Counted from the first letter of the stretch, positions 6,584 to 16,174 are shown. The stretch is 39,893 bases of DNA from a candidate division WOR-3 bacterium (GCA_039803745.1 JBDRZD010000007.1:1-39893); one strand, 5' to 3'. Notes: generated from the letters alone by a model not told the origin. Numbers and translations: made by a program.

Positions 6584-9051
6584 TCCTCCTCCATTTTTCC
6601 TGCTACAACAATTCCCAATTCTTCCTTTTTTAAATATTTTTCAATCAAATAAGGTAATTTATTATAATCAACGCTTTTTAAAATTTCAAAAATATTTAGA
6701 TCATATTCATACCCGGCTCCAACAAGTTCATAAAAACTCATAAAGTATGCCTGATTTATTCTTGATTGATGGAATCTCAAATTCCTTCCATAAAAAGAAG
6801 ATAATATTTTTTCAATTTCTTCAGCCCCTGGAGGGTTTTTCTTTAAAGCCTCTATTATTTCAAAAACTTTTTCAATTACATCTTTCCATTTATTTGGAGA
6901 AGTCCCTATTCCAATTTCAAATAATGAAAAGTTTTCATAATCACTTACACTTGCTCCAAGCCTGTAAGAAGCACCCATTTTTTCCCTTATTATCTCCTGC
7001 ATTCTCTTTGAGATTATAAGGGATAACAATTTCAAGGCAGGGTTTTCTTCATTTTTTATAGATGGTATTATTCTTGCAATTCTTATATAAGTTTCTCTTG
7101 AATTTATATTTATTTTTTTAATAAACCCCTTGCCCTTTATTTCAATATATTCAGGTGGAAAATTCAAACTATTTGTTTTAAAAATATTTAAATATTCTTT
7201 TATTTCTTCAAAGGTAAATGGTGAAACAACACCAATTATTAAATTCCCTTCTGATAAGAAATTATTATAAATTTCCTTTAACTCATTTAAACTTAATCCC
7301 TCAATTTCTTTCTCATTCCCAAGGAGTGGTTTTGAAAATGTTTTATTTTCAAATAAATTTTCCCATAAAACTTTTTCAGAAACATAAGAAGGATTTTTTT
7401 CTTCCCTTTTTAAAATTGAAATTAATTCTTCCTTTATACTTTTAATCTCATTCTCTTTAAAATCTAAGTTTTTTAAATTTTCCTTTAAAACTTTAATTCC
7501 CTTTAAGGCATTTTCTTTTGGAATCTCAAGTCTTATATAGATGAAATCCCTTCTATGATAATAATCATCAAAGGGAAGATAAGGGTCATCATAAGTTTTT
7601 ATTCTTGCTCCAATTTCTTCAAGTTGACTCAAATTTTTATATAAGATTCTTGATAAAATTTCAGATGCCCCTTTTCTTTCAATCATATTTCTATTCTTGA
7701 TCAAAATGTTCATTGCAAATATTTTCGAATCTTGTTCATATTTGAATAAAACCTTCGTGCCTCCCACAAATTTCCTTTCAATTTTATATATATTTGATTC
7801 TCCATAACCTTCTTTCTTTCCCTTTAAACTTGCAAATCCCCTTCTTTTTTCAAAATCGTAATTTTTAAAGAAATTTTTAAAATCTTTGAATCTTGCCCTT
7901 TTTATTCTTTCATAAATTTTTTCCTCAAAGGAGGGTCCTCCAAAGGGTATGTAATAACTTTTAAATATGAGAGCATATGTATAATTTTCTTCATTATAAA
8001 TCTTTTCATAAATTAAGGAATTTTTTGCACCTTCAAAATCTTTTTCTTTTATATCAAAAATAAGTTCTTTTATAACTTTATCTATTTCATTGAAAATTTT
8101 ATCAGTTAAATCATTTTCATAGACTGCATAAAACTTTAAAATTGATGCTCCTTTTTTTGCAACATAATCAAAATGAATTTCTTCAACCCCTTCAAATTTA
8201 TTTTTTATTTTTTCTTTTATCTTTTCCGAATTTAAAATTTTGTTTAAAATCATGAAATATTCAGAAAAATTTTCATTTAAAAGAGGTGCATTAAATCCTA
8301 TTGTTATATAATTTTTTGTAAAATCACCTCTTTTTTTAAAAAATTCCTTTTCTTTATATTCAATCTTATTCATTTCCAAATAGATTCTTTCTCCTGGTGG
8401 ATATTTACCAAAATAAATTCTTATCATTTCTAAAATATCTTCGGTTTCAAAATCTCCAACTGCAATTATTTTCATGTTCTGGGGTATATAATGCTTTTTC
8501 CAGAAATTTATTAAGTTTTCCTTTTTTAAATTCTTAATTGTTTCCTCATATCCTATTACAGGATTTGAATAGGGAAGTCCTGCAAATAGATATTTCATAG
8601 CCTCTTCCTCATGAATATTTTCTTCTCTTTTTCTTTCCATATTCATTTCCTCAATTACAACATTTTTTTCCTTCTCAAATTCCTCATCTGGAAAATTTGA
8701 TTCAAAAAGCATTTCAGAAAGAAGATAAATTCCTTTTTTAATCTCTTTAGAAGGGCCTGTAAAGAAAAAGGCTGTATAATCTTCTCTTGTAAAGGCATTT
8801 ACATATATTCCGCTATTTGAAAATTCCTCATTTAGTTTTTCCCTTTTATAATTTTTTGTTCCATCAAAAAGCATATGCTCAAGGAAATGAGTAAGCCCGA
8901 GTTCCTCAGGATTTTCATAGGCACTTCCTGAAAGAATAATAACCATAAAGCTTACAAGTGGATAGCCTCTTTCCTCTTTCAGGTATATTTCTATTCCATT
9001 CCAGAGATTAAACTTTAAATAAGAAATAAAAATAAAATATAAAAATTTCAT
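6580..9051 (-). CDS. M16 (insulinase/pitrilysin) zinc peptidase, fused active and inactive halves
   Basis: GLTHFLEHMLFDGT (HxxEH), NAFT, EKNVVIEE; second half with IREKMGASY. Confidence 0.92.
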   Translation of the reverse strand: MKFLYFIFISYLKFNLWNGIEIYLKEERGYPLVSFMVIILSGSAYENPEELGLTHFLEHMLFDGTKNYKREKLNEEFSNSGIYVNAFTREDYTAFFFTGPSKEIKKGIYLLSEMLFESNFPDEEFEKEKNVVIEEMNMERKREENIHEEEAMKYLFAGLPYSNPVIGYEETIKNLKKENLINFWKKHYIPQNMKIIAVGDFETEDILEMIRIYFGKYPPGERIYLEMNKIEYKEKEFFKKRGDFTKNYITIGFNAPLLNENFSEYFMILNKILNSEKIKEKIKNKFEGVEEIHFDYVAKKGASILKFYAVYENDLTDKIFNEIDKVIKELIFDIKEKDFEGAKNSLIYEKIYNEENYTYALIFKSYYIPFGGPSFEEKIYERIKRARFKDFKNFFKNYDFEKRRGFASLKGKKEGYGESNIYKIERKFVGGTKVLFKYEQDSKIFAMNILIKNRNMIERKGASEILSRILYKNLSQLEEIGARIKTYDDPYLPFDDYYHRRDFIYIRLEIPKENALKGIKVLKENLKNLDFKENEIKSIKEELISILKREEKNPSYVSEKVLWENLFENKTFSKPLLGNEKEIEGLSLNELKEIYNNFLSEGNLIIGVVSPFTFEEIKEYLNIFKTNSLNFPPEYIEIKGKGFIKKININSRETYIRIARIIPSIKNEENPALKLLSLIISKRMQEIIREKMGASYRLGASVSDYENFSLFEIGIGTSPNKWKDVIEKVFEIIEALKKNPPGAEEIEKILSSFYGRNLRFHQSRINQAYFMSFYELVGAGYEYDLNIFEILKSVDYNKLPYLIEKYLKKEELGIVVAGKMEEE

Positions 9052-9117
9052 AAGAATTAATTATATAGTATCTGTTTGGAGAATCTCAATTTTTTTCTTT
9101 ATAATTTATATTTTATA

Positions 9118-10134
9118 ATGGAAAAAATAGGGATTGTTGGTTTTCCCAATGTTGGGAAAACTACTTTTTTTAATATTTTAACAAAGGCAAATAAAGAAGT
9201 GGCACCTTATCCTTTTACGACAAGAGGCAAGAATGTAGGAAAAGCAATTCTGGAAGACCCCTTTATTTTAGAGATAGGTGAAAAAATAAATGCGAAGGAG
9301 ATAAGAAATGCTACAACTGAGATAATTGATGTTGCAGGGATAATAGAAGGGGCATCAAAGGGTGAAGGTCTGGGAAATGAATTTTTATCCTATATAAGAG
9401 AGTGTGAAGTTTTAATATTTATTTTAAGGGCTTTTAAAAATCCTGACATTCCAACACCCCTTAATGAAATAAATCCTTTGAAAGAATACCAGGTTCTTTT
9501 ATCTGAACTTTATCTTTCTGATTTGCAAAAAATTGAAAAATTTGAGCAAAAGTTTTCAAAGGATAAAACAAAGGAAGGAATTGAAAAGTACAATTTTATA
9601 TTAGAATTGAAAAATAAACTTGAGAAAGGCGAAAAATTTTTTGATAAAGAATTTGGTTTGCTTTCCGGAAAGGAAAGAATAGTTGTTTTAAATACTGATG
9701 GAAACAGGGATTTTTTAAAATGGGTAGATAAATTTGATGAAAGAGTTTACCCATGTCCTTTAAAAATTTATGAAGAGCTTGAAGGGATGGAAGAAAAAGA
9801 AGAGATGGAAAGTTTTTTGAAAAAAGAAGGTAATTATTCTCCCTCTGATATTTTATGGGAAGCCTTTAAAAAACTCGGTTATATAATTTTTTATACAGTT
9901 AAAGGAGGTATTGTTTCTGCCTTTCCTGTAAAAATAGGGACAAAAGCCTATGAGGCTGCTGGTAAAGTTCATTCTGATATTCAGAAAGGATTCATTAAAG
10001 CAGAGGTTGTTGATTTACAAAATTTTTTAAATTACCCCTCTTGGAGCCTTTTAAAAGAAAAAGGGCTTTTGAGAATAGAGGGGAGAGATTACATAATTAA
10101 AGACAGAGAAATAATAGAATTTAAATTTTCTTAG
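9118..10134 (+). CDS. ychF: YchF/OLA1 Obg-like ATPase
   Basis: GIVGFPNVGKTT, YPFTT, DVAGIIEGASKGEGLGNEFL, TGS domain AAGKVHSDIQKGFIKAEV. Start moved to ATG 9118 (MEKIGIVG). Confidence 0.93.
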   Translation: MEKIGIVGFPNVGKTTFFNILTKANKEVAPYPFTTRGKNVGKAILEDPFILEIGEKINAKEIRNATTEIIDVAGIIEGASKGEGLGNEFLSYIRECEVLIFILRAFKNPDIPTPLNEINPLKEYQVLLSELYLSDLQKIEKFEQKFSKDKTKEGIEKYNFILELKNKLEKGEKFFDKEFGLLSGKERIVVLNTDGNRDFLKWVDKFDERVYPCPLKIYEELEGMEEKEEMESFLKKEGNYSPSDILWEAFKKLGYIIFYTVKGGIVSAFPVKIGTKAYEAAGKVHSDIQKGFIKAEVVDLQNFLNYPSWSLLKEKGLLRIEGRDYIIKDREIIEFKFS

Positions 10135-10142
10135 GAGGAAAT

Positions 10143-10457
10143 ATGAGAGATTATGAGATGATGATGATTTTGGATGCAGAGACCCCTGAAGAGGGTAAGA
10201 AAAAGGTCCTTGAAAAAATTGAGAACATGATAAAAGAAAGAAATGGAAAGATAAATGAATTGATAGATTGGGGTATAAGAAAATTTGCATATCCAATAAG
10301 AAAAAAGGAAGAAGGTCATTATTTTATATTAAAGTTTTCATCTCCACCAGGGACTCCTTCTGAAATAAAAAAAGAAATAAGGCTTGTAAATGAAATTTAT
10401 AGAGTTATGATAATTAGAGAGGATAATGTAAAAAGAGTTAAAAAAAGGAGAAAATAA
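10143..10457 (+). CDS. rpsF: 30S ribosomal protein S6
   Basis: MRDYEMMMIL...WGIRKFAYPIRK..EGHY; SD AGGAGG. Confidence 0.97.
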   Translation: MRDYEMMMILDAETPEEGKKKVLEKIENMIKERNGKINELIDWGIRKFAYPIRKKEEGHYFILKFSSPPGTPSEIKKEIRLVNEIYRVMIIREDNVKRVKKRRK

Positions 10458-10883
10458 ATGGCGGATTTAAAGGTTCCTCGTGTTAATTATGTTTTATTAT
10501 CAGGAAGGCTTACAGATGACCCACAGATGACTTTTACTCCAAAAGGGACCCCTGTAACAAAATTCAGAATTGCTTCTTCAAGATTATATAAAGATCCATT
10601 AACAGGTGGCTGGAAAGAAGATACACTTTACATAGATATTAAAACATTTGGGGAACTTGCTGAAAGGTGTCATAAGAAACTATCAAAAGGTTCACCTGTT
10701 TTGCTTGAAGGAAGATTAAATTATAGATCATGGGAAACTTCTGATGGTCAAAAGAAAAGTTTAATAGAAATAATAGGTTTTAGAATACAGTTTTTAGAGA
10801 AAAAAGCAGAAGAAATTCAAGAAGAAATTCCTGAAGAAGAGGGAATTATTGAGGAAGAGCCTGACGAGGATTTACCATTTTAA
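10458..10883 (+). CDS. ssb: Single-stranded DNA-binding protein
   Basis: [24 protein letters not shown], acidic tail ending EDLPF; located between rpsF and rpsR. Confidence 0.97.
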   Translation: MADLKVPRVNYVLLSGRLTDDPQMTFTPKGTPVTKFRIASSRLYKDPLTGGWKEDTLYIDIKTFGELAERCHKKLSKGSPVLLEGRLNYRSWETSDGQKKSLIEIIGFRIQFLEKKAEEIQEEIPEEEGIIEEEPDEDLPF

Positions 10884-10894
10884 AGGAGGTTTTT

Positions 10895-11104
10895 ATGGCA
10901 AAATGCGAATTCTGCAAAAAGAATATAGGAATTATAGATTATAAGGATGTTGAAACTTTAAAAAAATTTTTAACACCAAGAGGAAAAATAATTTCAAGAA
11001 GGCAGACAGGACTTTGTGCATATCATCAGAGGAAACTTGCCCTTGCAATAAAGAGGGCAAGGGAGATGGCGCTTTTACCATTTGTTCAGGTTTATTATTT
11101 ATAA
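10895..11104 (+). CDS. rpsR: 30S ribosomal protein S18 (Zn-binding C+ form)
   Basis: CEFC...IDYKD...[26 protein letters not shown]. Confidence 0.98.
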   Translation: MAKCEFCKKNIGIIDYKDVETLKKFLTPRGKIISRRQTGLCAYHQRKLALAIKRAREMALLPFVQVYYL

Positions 11105-11551
11105 ATGAAAATAATATTACTTGAAGATGTAAAGGGGCTTGGTAAAAGAGGCGAGATTCTGAATGTGAAGGATGGATATGCAAGAAATTATTTAATTCCA
11201 AAAGGACTTGCAAAAGAGGCAACGGAAAGTGTTTTGAAAGAATACGAGGAGATGGAGAGATTAAGGAAGAGGAAAGAAGAAAAAAGAAAAAAAGAAGCCG
11301 AGGAAATAAGAGAAAAGATTGAAAAATTATCAATAACCTTTTACCTGAAGGGAAAAGAAAAGGTTTATGGTGCAATTACATCTCATGATATAGTTGAAGA
11401 GTTAAATAAAAGGGGGATTGAGATAGAAAAAGGGAGTGTGAGACTTAAAAAACCTTTAAAAGATCCTGGTTTTTATGAAATTCCATTGAAACTCCATCCC
11501 GAAGTTGAGGTGAATTTAAAAATATGGATTGTTAAGGAGGAAGGTGAATAG
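11105..11551 (+). CDS. rplI: 50S ribosomal protein L9
   Basis: [32 protein letters not shown]...LHPEV. Confidence 0.98.
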   Translation: MKIILLEDVKGLGKRGEILNVKDGYARNYLIPKGLAKEATESVLKEYEEMERLRKRKEEKRKKEAEEIREKIEKLSITFYLKGKEKVYGAITSHDIVEELNKRGIEIEKGSVRLKKPLKDPGFYEIPLKLHPEVEVNLKIWIVKEEGE

Positions 11552-12227
11552 TTTCTTTTTTTCCCATTTTTTATTAGCCCATTTTCTTGTTGATTATCCT
11601 TTTCAAACAGATAAACTTTTTGAAACAAAGACGAAAAAATTTTACGGTGTTATAATCCATTCCTTAATTCTTTTTTTCTTTTTAATTCTTTTATCAATTC
11701 CTTATAGCACAAACTTCTTTGTTTTTATCTCCTCTATTTCACTTGCCCTTTTACACCTTTTTCAAGATCAGATTAAAATATATTTAACAAAAAAGGAAGA
11801 GGGAGAAAATTTTTACTATTTTTTGATTGATCAAATTCTCCATATTTTTTTCATTTTCCTCTTTTCTCTCTTGCCCCTACCAGATGTAATTTATAAAGAC
11901 AGAGGATTTTTAAAATTTTATTTTGACCCTTTTTACTCCTATTTAATTGTCTCTTTAATATTTGTAACATATTTTATATGGATATTTTTACACTCAATAA
12001 ATAATACTTTCTTTAAAAAAGAGCCCCTTGTTAAGGGATTCTGGAAATATTATGGATATCTTGAGAGAATTTTTGCCTTTTTTGTTTCTTTTTTATATCC
12101 TTATATTTTTTTCATTTCTTATATTTTTTTATTGCCAAGATTTTTTAAAAAGAAAAAAATAATTGAAGGATTCCTTGGAATTTCTCTTTCCCTTCTCCTT
12201 GGGATCCTTCTGAGGTGGATAAGATGA
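11544..12227 (+). CDS. DUF3307 family membrane protein
   Basis: [13 protein letters not shown]...HSLI...HLFQDQIK...DQILH and GYLER motifs. GTG start at 11544 follows AGGAGG. Confidence 0.8.
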   Translation: MNSFFFSHFLLAHFLVDYPFQTDKLFETKTKKFYGVIIHSLILFFFLILLSIPYSTNFFVFISSISLALLHLFQDQIKIYLTKKEEGENFYYFLIDQILHIFFIFLFSLLPLPDVIYKDRGFLKFYFDPFYSYLIVSLIFVTYFIWIFLHSINNTFFKKEPLVKGFWKYYGYLERIFAFFVSFLYPYIFFISYIFLLPRFFKKKKIIEGFLGISLSLLLGILLRWIR

Positions 12228-12652
12228 AAGAAAATGTTATAGAAGTTGAAGTATATAATGTTGTGCAGGAGCAGAATTTAGAAAATTACATTCTAATTCT
12301 TAAAGAAAAAGAAGGCCCAAGATTCTTCCCGATATGGATAGGACAATTCGAAGCACATGCAATCTATTTTGCTTTAAAGAATCAAAAATTTGAAAGACCT
12401 TTAACCCATGACCTCATAAAGATAATTTTAAATGCCCTTGATGTTAAAATCCCTATGGTTGTTGTTAATGATGTAAGGGATAGAACCTATTTTGCAAGAA
12501 TTGTACTTGAGACTGCTTCGGGTAAAGTATTTACAATAGATGCGCGGCCATCTGATTCAATAGCAATAGCATTAAGAATGAATTCAAAGATATATGTTGC
12601 CAAGAAGATAATGGATGAAGCAGGGGTGATGCCTGACGAAATAGGAATTTGA
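12224..12652 (+). CDS. Bifunctional nuclease family (DUF151)
   Basis: PIWIGQFEAHAI, RPLTHDL, IDARPSDSIAIALR. ATG 12224 overlaps the upstream TGA (ATGA). Confidence 0.93.
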   Translation: MKENVIEVEVYNVVQEQNLENYILILKEKEGPRFFPIWIGQFEAHAIYFALKNQKFERPLTHDLIKIILNALDVKIPMVVVNDVRDRTYFARIVLETASGKVFTIDARPSDSIAIALRMNSKIYVAKKIMDEAGVMPDEIGI

Positions 12653-13373
12653 TAATAATGATAATAATTAAAGTAAAAATACCTGCTGCATAGTCATCCA
12701 AAAGAATTCCAAAGGTTTTGATTCTTTCTAATTTTTTAATGCCGAAAGGCTTTAAAATATCAAATGCTCTATAGAGTAAAAAGGATAAAATTATTAATAA
12801 ATAATTAAAATTTAAAAATGGAAGAACTAAAAAAAATCCAGAAAACTCATCAAGAACAAAAAAGGAAGGGTCCTTTTCAAATTTTAAAAATTTCTCAAAA
12901 TGTAAAGTGTATATTATTGTTAAAATAAATAAAATTAAAATTGCTAAAAAACCTGGTTTAAAGATATAAAATAAAATTATTGAAAAAATTGAGGCAATTG
13001 TTCCTCCCCCTTTTATAAAACCTATCCCAAAGATTGATGAAAATAGAACAAATACATTTTTTTCCTTTTTTAATATAAATTTATAAATTAAAAATGCAAG
13101 CATTATACCCATTAAATCAGATGAAAAATCTTTTAATGAGAAATTTCTTGTAGAAATAAAAATCTGGAGGATCTCGGTTAAAAAAGAAAAAATGATAAGG
13201 AATAAGAGAGAAATGGATAAATTTATTAAAGGGAATGTTAAAAGGGAAAGAAAAAATAGATAAGAGAAATGAATTAAAATATCAACATTCTTTATATTTG
13301 ATTTTATAATAGGTGAAGGCATAATAATTCCTATTAAGAATATTAAATAAAATATAAAAAGAGATTTTCTCAT
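12531..13373 (-). CDS. pgpA: VanZ-like domain fused to phosphatidylglycerophosphatase A
   Basis: N-half DILIHF..Y...TEILQIFISTRNFSLKDFSSDLMG (VanZ-like). C-half GIGF..GGGTIAS, DPSFFVLDEFSG, RAFDILKP, GILLDDYAAG (PgpA). Confidence 0.8.
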   Translation of the reverse strand: MRKSLFIFYLIFLIGIIMPSPIIKSNIKNVDILIHFSYLFFLSLLTFPLINLSISLLFLIIFSFLTEILQIFISTRNFSLKDFSSDLMGIMLAFLIYKFILKKEKNVFVLFSSIFGIGFIKGGGTIASIFSIILFYIFKPGFLAILILFILTIIYTLHFEKFLKFEKDPSFFVLDEFSGFFLVLPFLNFNYLLIILSFLLYRAFDILKPFGIKKLERIKTFGILLDDYAAGIFTLIIIIIIKFLFRQASPLLHPLSSWQHISLNSFLMLLLLNQMAAHLL

Positions 13374-13431
13374 TTAATTTAAAATTATAAACCTTTTTTC
13401 ATTATAATTAAAAATTAAAAGGAGGTTTTAT

Positions 13432-13863
13432 ATGGAAAAGAAAATCATATCTTTTCCGGTCGGGGAAGATGAAATAAGGGTTAAACTTCATCCTTATAAG
13501 GAATTTTGTTTGCTTGAAATAAGGCAATATGAAAAGATTAAAGAAAAAGATGAATATGTTCCTTCTTATAATGGATTTATAATTCCTGTTACATTTTTAA
13601 ATGAACTCATGAATGCTCTTGAAAGGGTAAAAGATTACCTTGAGGAGAAAAAATATGAGGAAAAGGCAAAAAAGATGGTTCCTGAAATAATTATTTCTTT
13701 CTGTGATATATGCGGTTCACCTGTTAAGGAAAAAAGTGAAGGAATATACATATGTGATTGTGGAGAAACAAGAATAGTCCTTGCTCCTTTAGGAAAAGCA
13801 ATAGAAGAGATATTTGAAAAAGTTAAAAAAATTAAACTTTTTGAGGATTTTTCTCCTGGTTGA
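13432..13863 (+). CDS. PC4/YdbC-like ssDNA-binding domain plus C-terminal zinc ribbon
   Basis: EIRVKLHPYK...LEIRQY.....YVPSYNGFIIP...ELMNAL resembles the PC4 fold; followed by CDICG...CDCG. Strong SD. Confidence 0.6.
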   Translation: MEKKIISFPVGEDEIRVKLHPYKEFCLLEIRQYEKIKEKDEYVPSYNGFIIPVTFLNELMNALERVKDYLEEKKYEEKAKKMVPEIIISFCDICGSPVKEKSEGIYICDCGETRIVLAPLGKAIEEIFEKVKKIKLFEDFSPG

Positions 13864-13894
13864 TTAATTTTTAAACACAAACTCTTTTAAAAGC

Positions 13895-13941
13895 ATAATT
13901 TTTGTGCAAAATTATTAAAAATTTCTGGCATTTTAATTTCA
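13895..13941 (+). promoter_or_regulatory. Possible sigma54-like (-24/-12) promoter with upstream palindrome
   Basis: TGGCA(13926-13930)-N6-TTTCA, with TC instead of GC at -12. Palindrome ATAATTTT-TGTGC-AAAATTAT at 13895-13915. Confidence 0.4.
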
Positions 13942-13977
13942 TATAATATTATTGAAAAATGAGTTTGAAGGAGGTGG

Positions 13978-14763
13978 ATGATGAAAAGAATAAGCATCTT
14001 ATCCTTGATATTTCTTGCAGGGTGTATTTTTTATGAGGAAAGGGAGTGTGATAATGAACCGCCGAGTCCACCAAGGGGAGTTTATTCAGTTACAGGAGAT
14101 GAAAAAGTCTATCTTTACTGGATACCGAATCCAGAGCCTGACCTTGCTGGTTATAGGGTATGGAGGTCTCATTCCCCGGACGGACCTTACAGAGTAATAG
14201 GAGAAACAAATTGTGAAAGTTTTGTTGATTTTGATGTTATAAATGGTGTTACTTACTATTATGCAGTAACTGCCTTTGATTTCAATGGTAATGAAAGTGA
14301 GTTTTCCTATGAAATAGTTTTTGATACACCAAGACCCGAAGGAATTGAATATTTAGAAAGTTATACACAGGATCCCGATGAAGCAGGCTATGATTTTTCT
14401 GAGTATGAAGTGAAATATTATTTAGATCCTGAAACTGATTTCTTTTATGAATATGATGATACATTGAATACAGGTTTTATATATGCAAGAGATGAGGATA
14501 CCTGGATGCAGGATATGGGTTATACAGAAAATTTTGATGAGATAGGTTATGCTCCAATTAAGGGATGGTCAAATCTTGGTGTTCTTGAAGCAATTGAGGG
14601 TCATACTTATATTTTCTGGACAAGGGATAATCATTTTGCAAAGATTAGAATAGAAAAGATTTATTCAGATGGAAGAGTTAAGTTTAGATGGGCTTATCAA
14701 ATTGATGAGGGAAATAGAGAATTAAAAGTAGGAGTTTTTATTTTAAAAGGAGGTGTGGAATGA
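13978..14763 (+). CDS. Lipoprotein with fibronectin type III domain and an uncharacterised (possibly HmuY-like) C-terminal domain
   Basis: Lipobox LAGC; PPSPPRGV...VYLYW...DLAGYRVWR...NGVTYYYAVTAFD..GNES is a typical FN3 pattern. Confidence 0.8.
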   Translation: MMKRISILSLIFLAGCIFYEERECDNEPPSPPRGVYSVTGDEKVYLYWIPNPEPDLAGYRVWRSHSPDGPYRVIGETNCESFVDFDVINGVTYYYAVTAFDFNGNESEFSYEIVFDTPRPEGIEYLESYTQDPDEAGYDFSEYEVKYYLDPETDFFYEYDDTLNTGFIYARDEDTWMQDMGYTENFDEIGYAPIKGWSNLGVLEAIEGHTYIFWTRDNHFAKIRIEKIYSDGRVKFRWAYQIDEGNRELKVGVFILKGGVE

Positions 14764-15869
14764 AAAAATTGTTAATAACAATAATGGTGGTTATATTTTT
14801 TAAAGGACTTCAAGCGAAAAAAGTAGAAGTATGGACTATAAAAGGAAATGGCTCTGTTTATTCTGCTGGTGAAAAAATAAGTATAAAGGTTTTACCTCAT
14901 GTATCAGGTTATCTTTATGTTTATAACATTGATTCAGAAGGTAAAGTTCATGTTCTTTTTCCTAAAAATAGATATGCAAGGAATAATTATGTAATTGCAG
15001 GAAAGATTTATCATCTTCCCTATGATTTTGAAGAAATTGAATGGTGTGCAGGAGATGAGCCTGGCATTGAATATGTTTATGCTTTTATAACTCCTTATCC
15101 TCTCCCTTATTTTGATGTAAACTGGTTTATACCCCTTTCACCTGATGAATATTATTATGAAGATGGAATCCTTATATGTTATAGATTCTGTCCTCCATAC
15201 TTTTTCCCAAGAGTATATTTTTATGGATGGGCTCATTTTTATGTTATACCAAGATATTATGTTTACATATATCATCCAGTTCCCTGGTATTGTTATGATT
15301 GCCATCATCCGCATATCCTTTTCCATTTCTGGTTTGATTTCTGCCCAATTTATGTGATTGAATTTCATGATTGTTGCTCATATTACTTTTATCCAAGATA
15401 TTACAAAACTTACAGATACAAATACAGAATAAGGCCTATATATAGAGAAATACCTCCTAAAAAAGTTAGAGAATATAGAGATATTGAAGAAAAATATAGG
15501 AACTATGATAAAGAGCCTTTTTGGGCTTCTCAAAATCCTTTGAGAGAGAAAAAGGAAGGTTTTAATGAGAAGAAAATTATAAAAGAGGAGATTTTACTGG
15601 AAAAACCAAAAGAAGTGAAAAAGAATGTTGAAGATGATTTTGAAAAAGAAAATTTACCAAAAAAATCTAAAAAAATAGAAAAAGATTTTGAAAAAAGAGA
15701 AAACCCTGCCATAAAATTTGAGAATAAAGAAAACTATGAAAGGGAATATAAAAGAGAAGAAAAGATGAAGATTGATTACCCAAAGATAAAATCAGAATTT
15801 AAGATGATTGAAAAAAATGAAAAAGGAAGTTATAATTATAGAAATTCATTAAGGGTTAAAAAGAGATGA
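14760..15869 (+). CDS. Secreted DUF4384 domain protein with Tyr/His/Cys-rich middle and Lys/Glu-rich tail
   Basis: Signal peptide ending LQA; YSAGEKISI...GYLYVYNIDSEGKVHVLFP (DUF4384). Confidence 0.8.
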   Translation: MKKLLITIMVVIFFKGLQAKKVEVWTIKGNGSVYSAGEKISIKVLPHVSGYLYVYNIDSEGKVHVLFPKNRYARNNYVIAGKIYHLPYDFEEIEWCAGDEPGIEYVYAFITPYPLPYFDVNWFIPLSPDEYYYEDGILICYRFCPPYFFPRVYFYGWAHFYVIPRYYVYIYHPVPWYCYDCHHPHILFHFWFDFCPIYVIEFHDCCSYYFYPRYYKTYRYKYRIRPIYREIPPKKVREYRDIEEKYRNYDKEPFWASQNPLREKKEGFNEKKIIKEEILLEKPKEVKKNVEDDFEKENLPKKSKKIEKDFEKRENPAIKFENKENYEREYKREEKMKIDYPKIKSEFKMIEKNEKGSYNYRNSLRVKKR

Positions 15870-16126
15870 AGAAGGTAATTTTTCTTTTATTTTTCCTTTT
15901 CTCCTATTTATCTGCAATTGAAGAAAAACCGTTAAAAGGGGAACCCCAAAAATTAAAGGAAGAAGTTGAGGTAAAAGATGATAAGGATGAAGATGGTATT
16001 CTTGATGTTTTCATAAAAAATATAATTAAAAAATCAGAGATGAAAAAGGAGGGGGAAGTAAAAGAAAATTTAAAAGAGAAAAAAGAAAGAGGAGTAATTA
16101 AAAAAAGAATAAGAAGTCATAAATAA
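15866..16126 (+). CDS. Small secreted hypothetical protein with a DxDxDG-type Ca-binding motif
   Basis: Signal peptide MKKVIFLLFFLFSYLSA; DKDEDGILD; translationally coupled to the upstream gene. Confidence 0.65.
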   Translation: MKKVIFLLFFLFSYLSAIEEKPLKGEPQKLKEEVEVKDDKDEDGILDVFIKNIIKKSEMKKEGEVKENLKEKKERGVIKKRIRSHK

Positions 16127-16174
16127 TTATTTCTGTATGAAATAGAAAGTTTTTTTCCTTTATAATTTATTTAA

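Noticed and set aside
6747..7445. Plus-strand ORFs 6747-7019 and 7218-7445
   Set aside because: Antisense shadows of the M16 gene; no motifs or RBS.
9076..9117. TTG start of ychF given in the ORF track
   Set aside because: Homology begins at ATG 9118 (MEKIGIVG); the upstream codons look like promoter sequence.
10051..11375. Minus-strand ORFs 10051-10296, 10131-10319 and 10932-11375
   Set aside because: Antisense to ribosomal protein genes; the F/S/L-rich composition mirrors A/G-rich sense codons.
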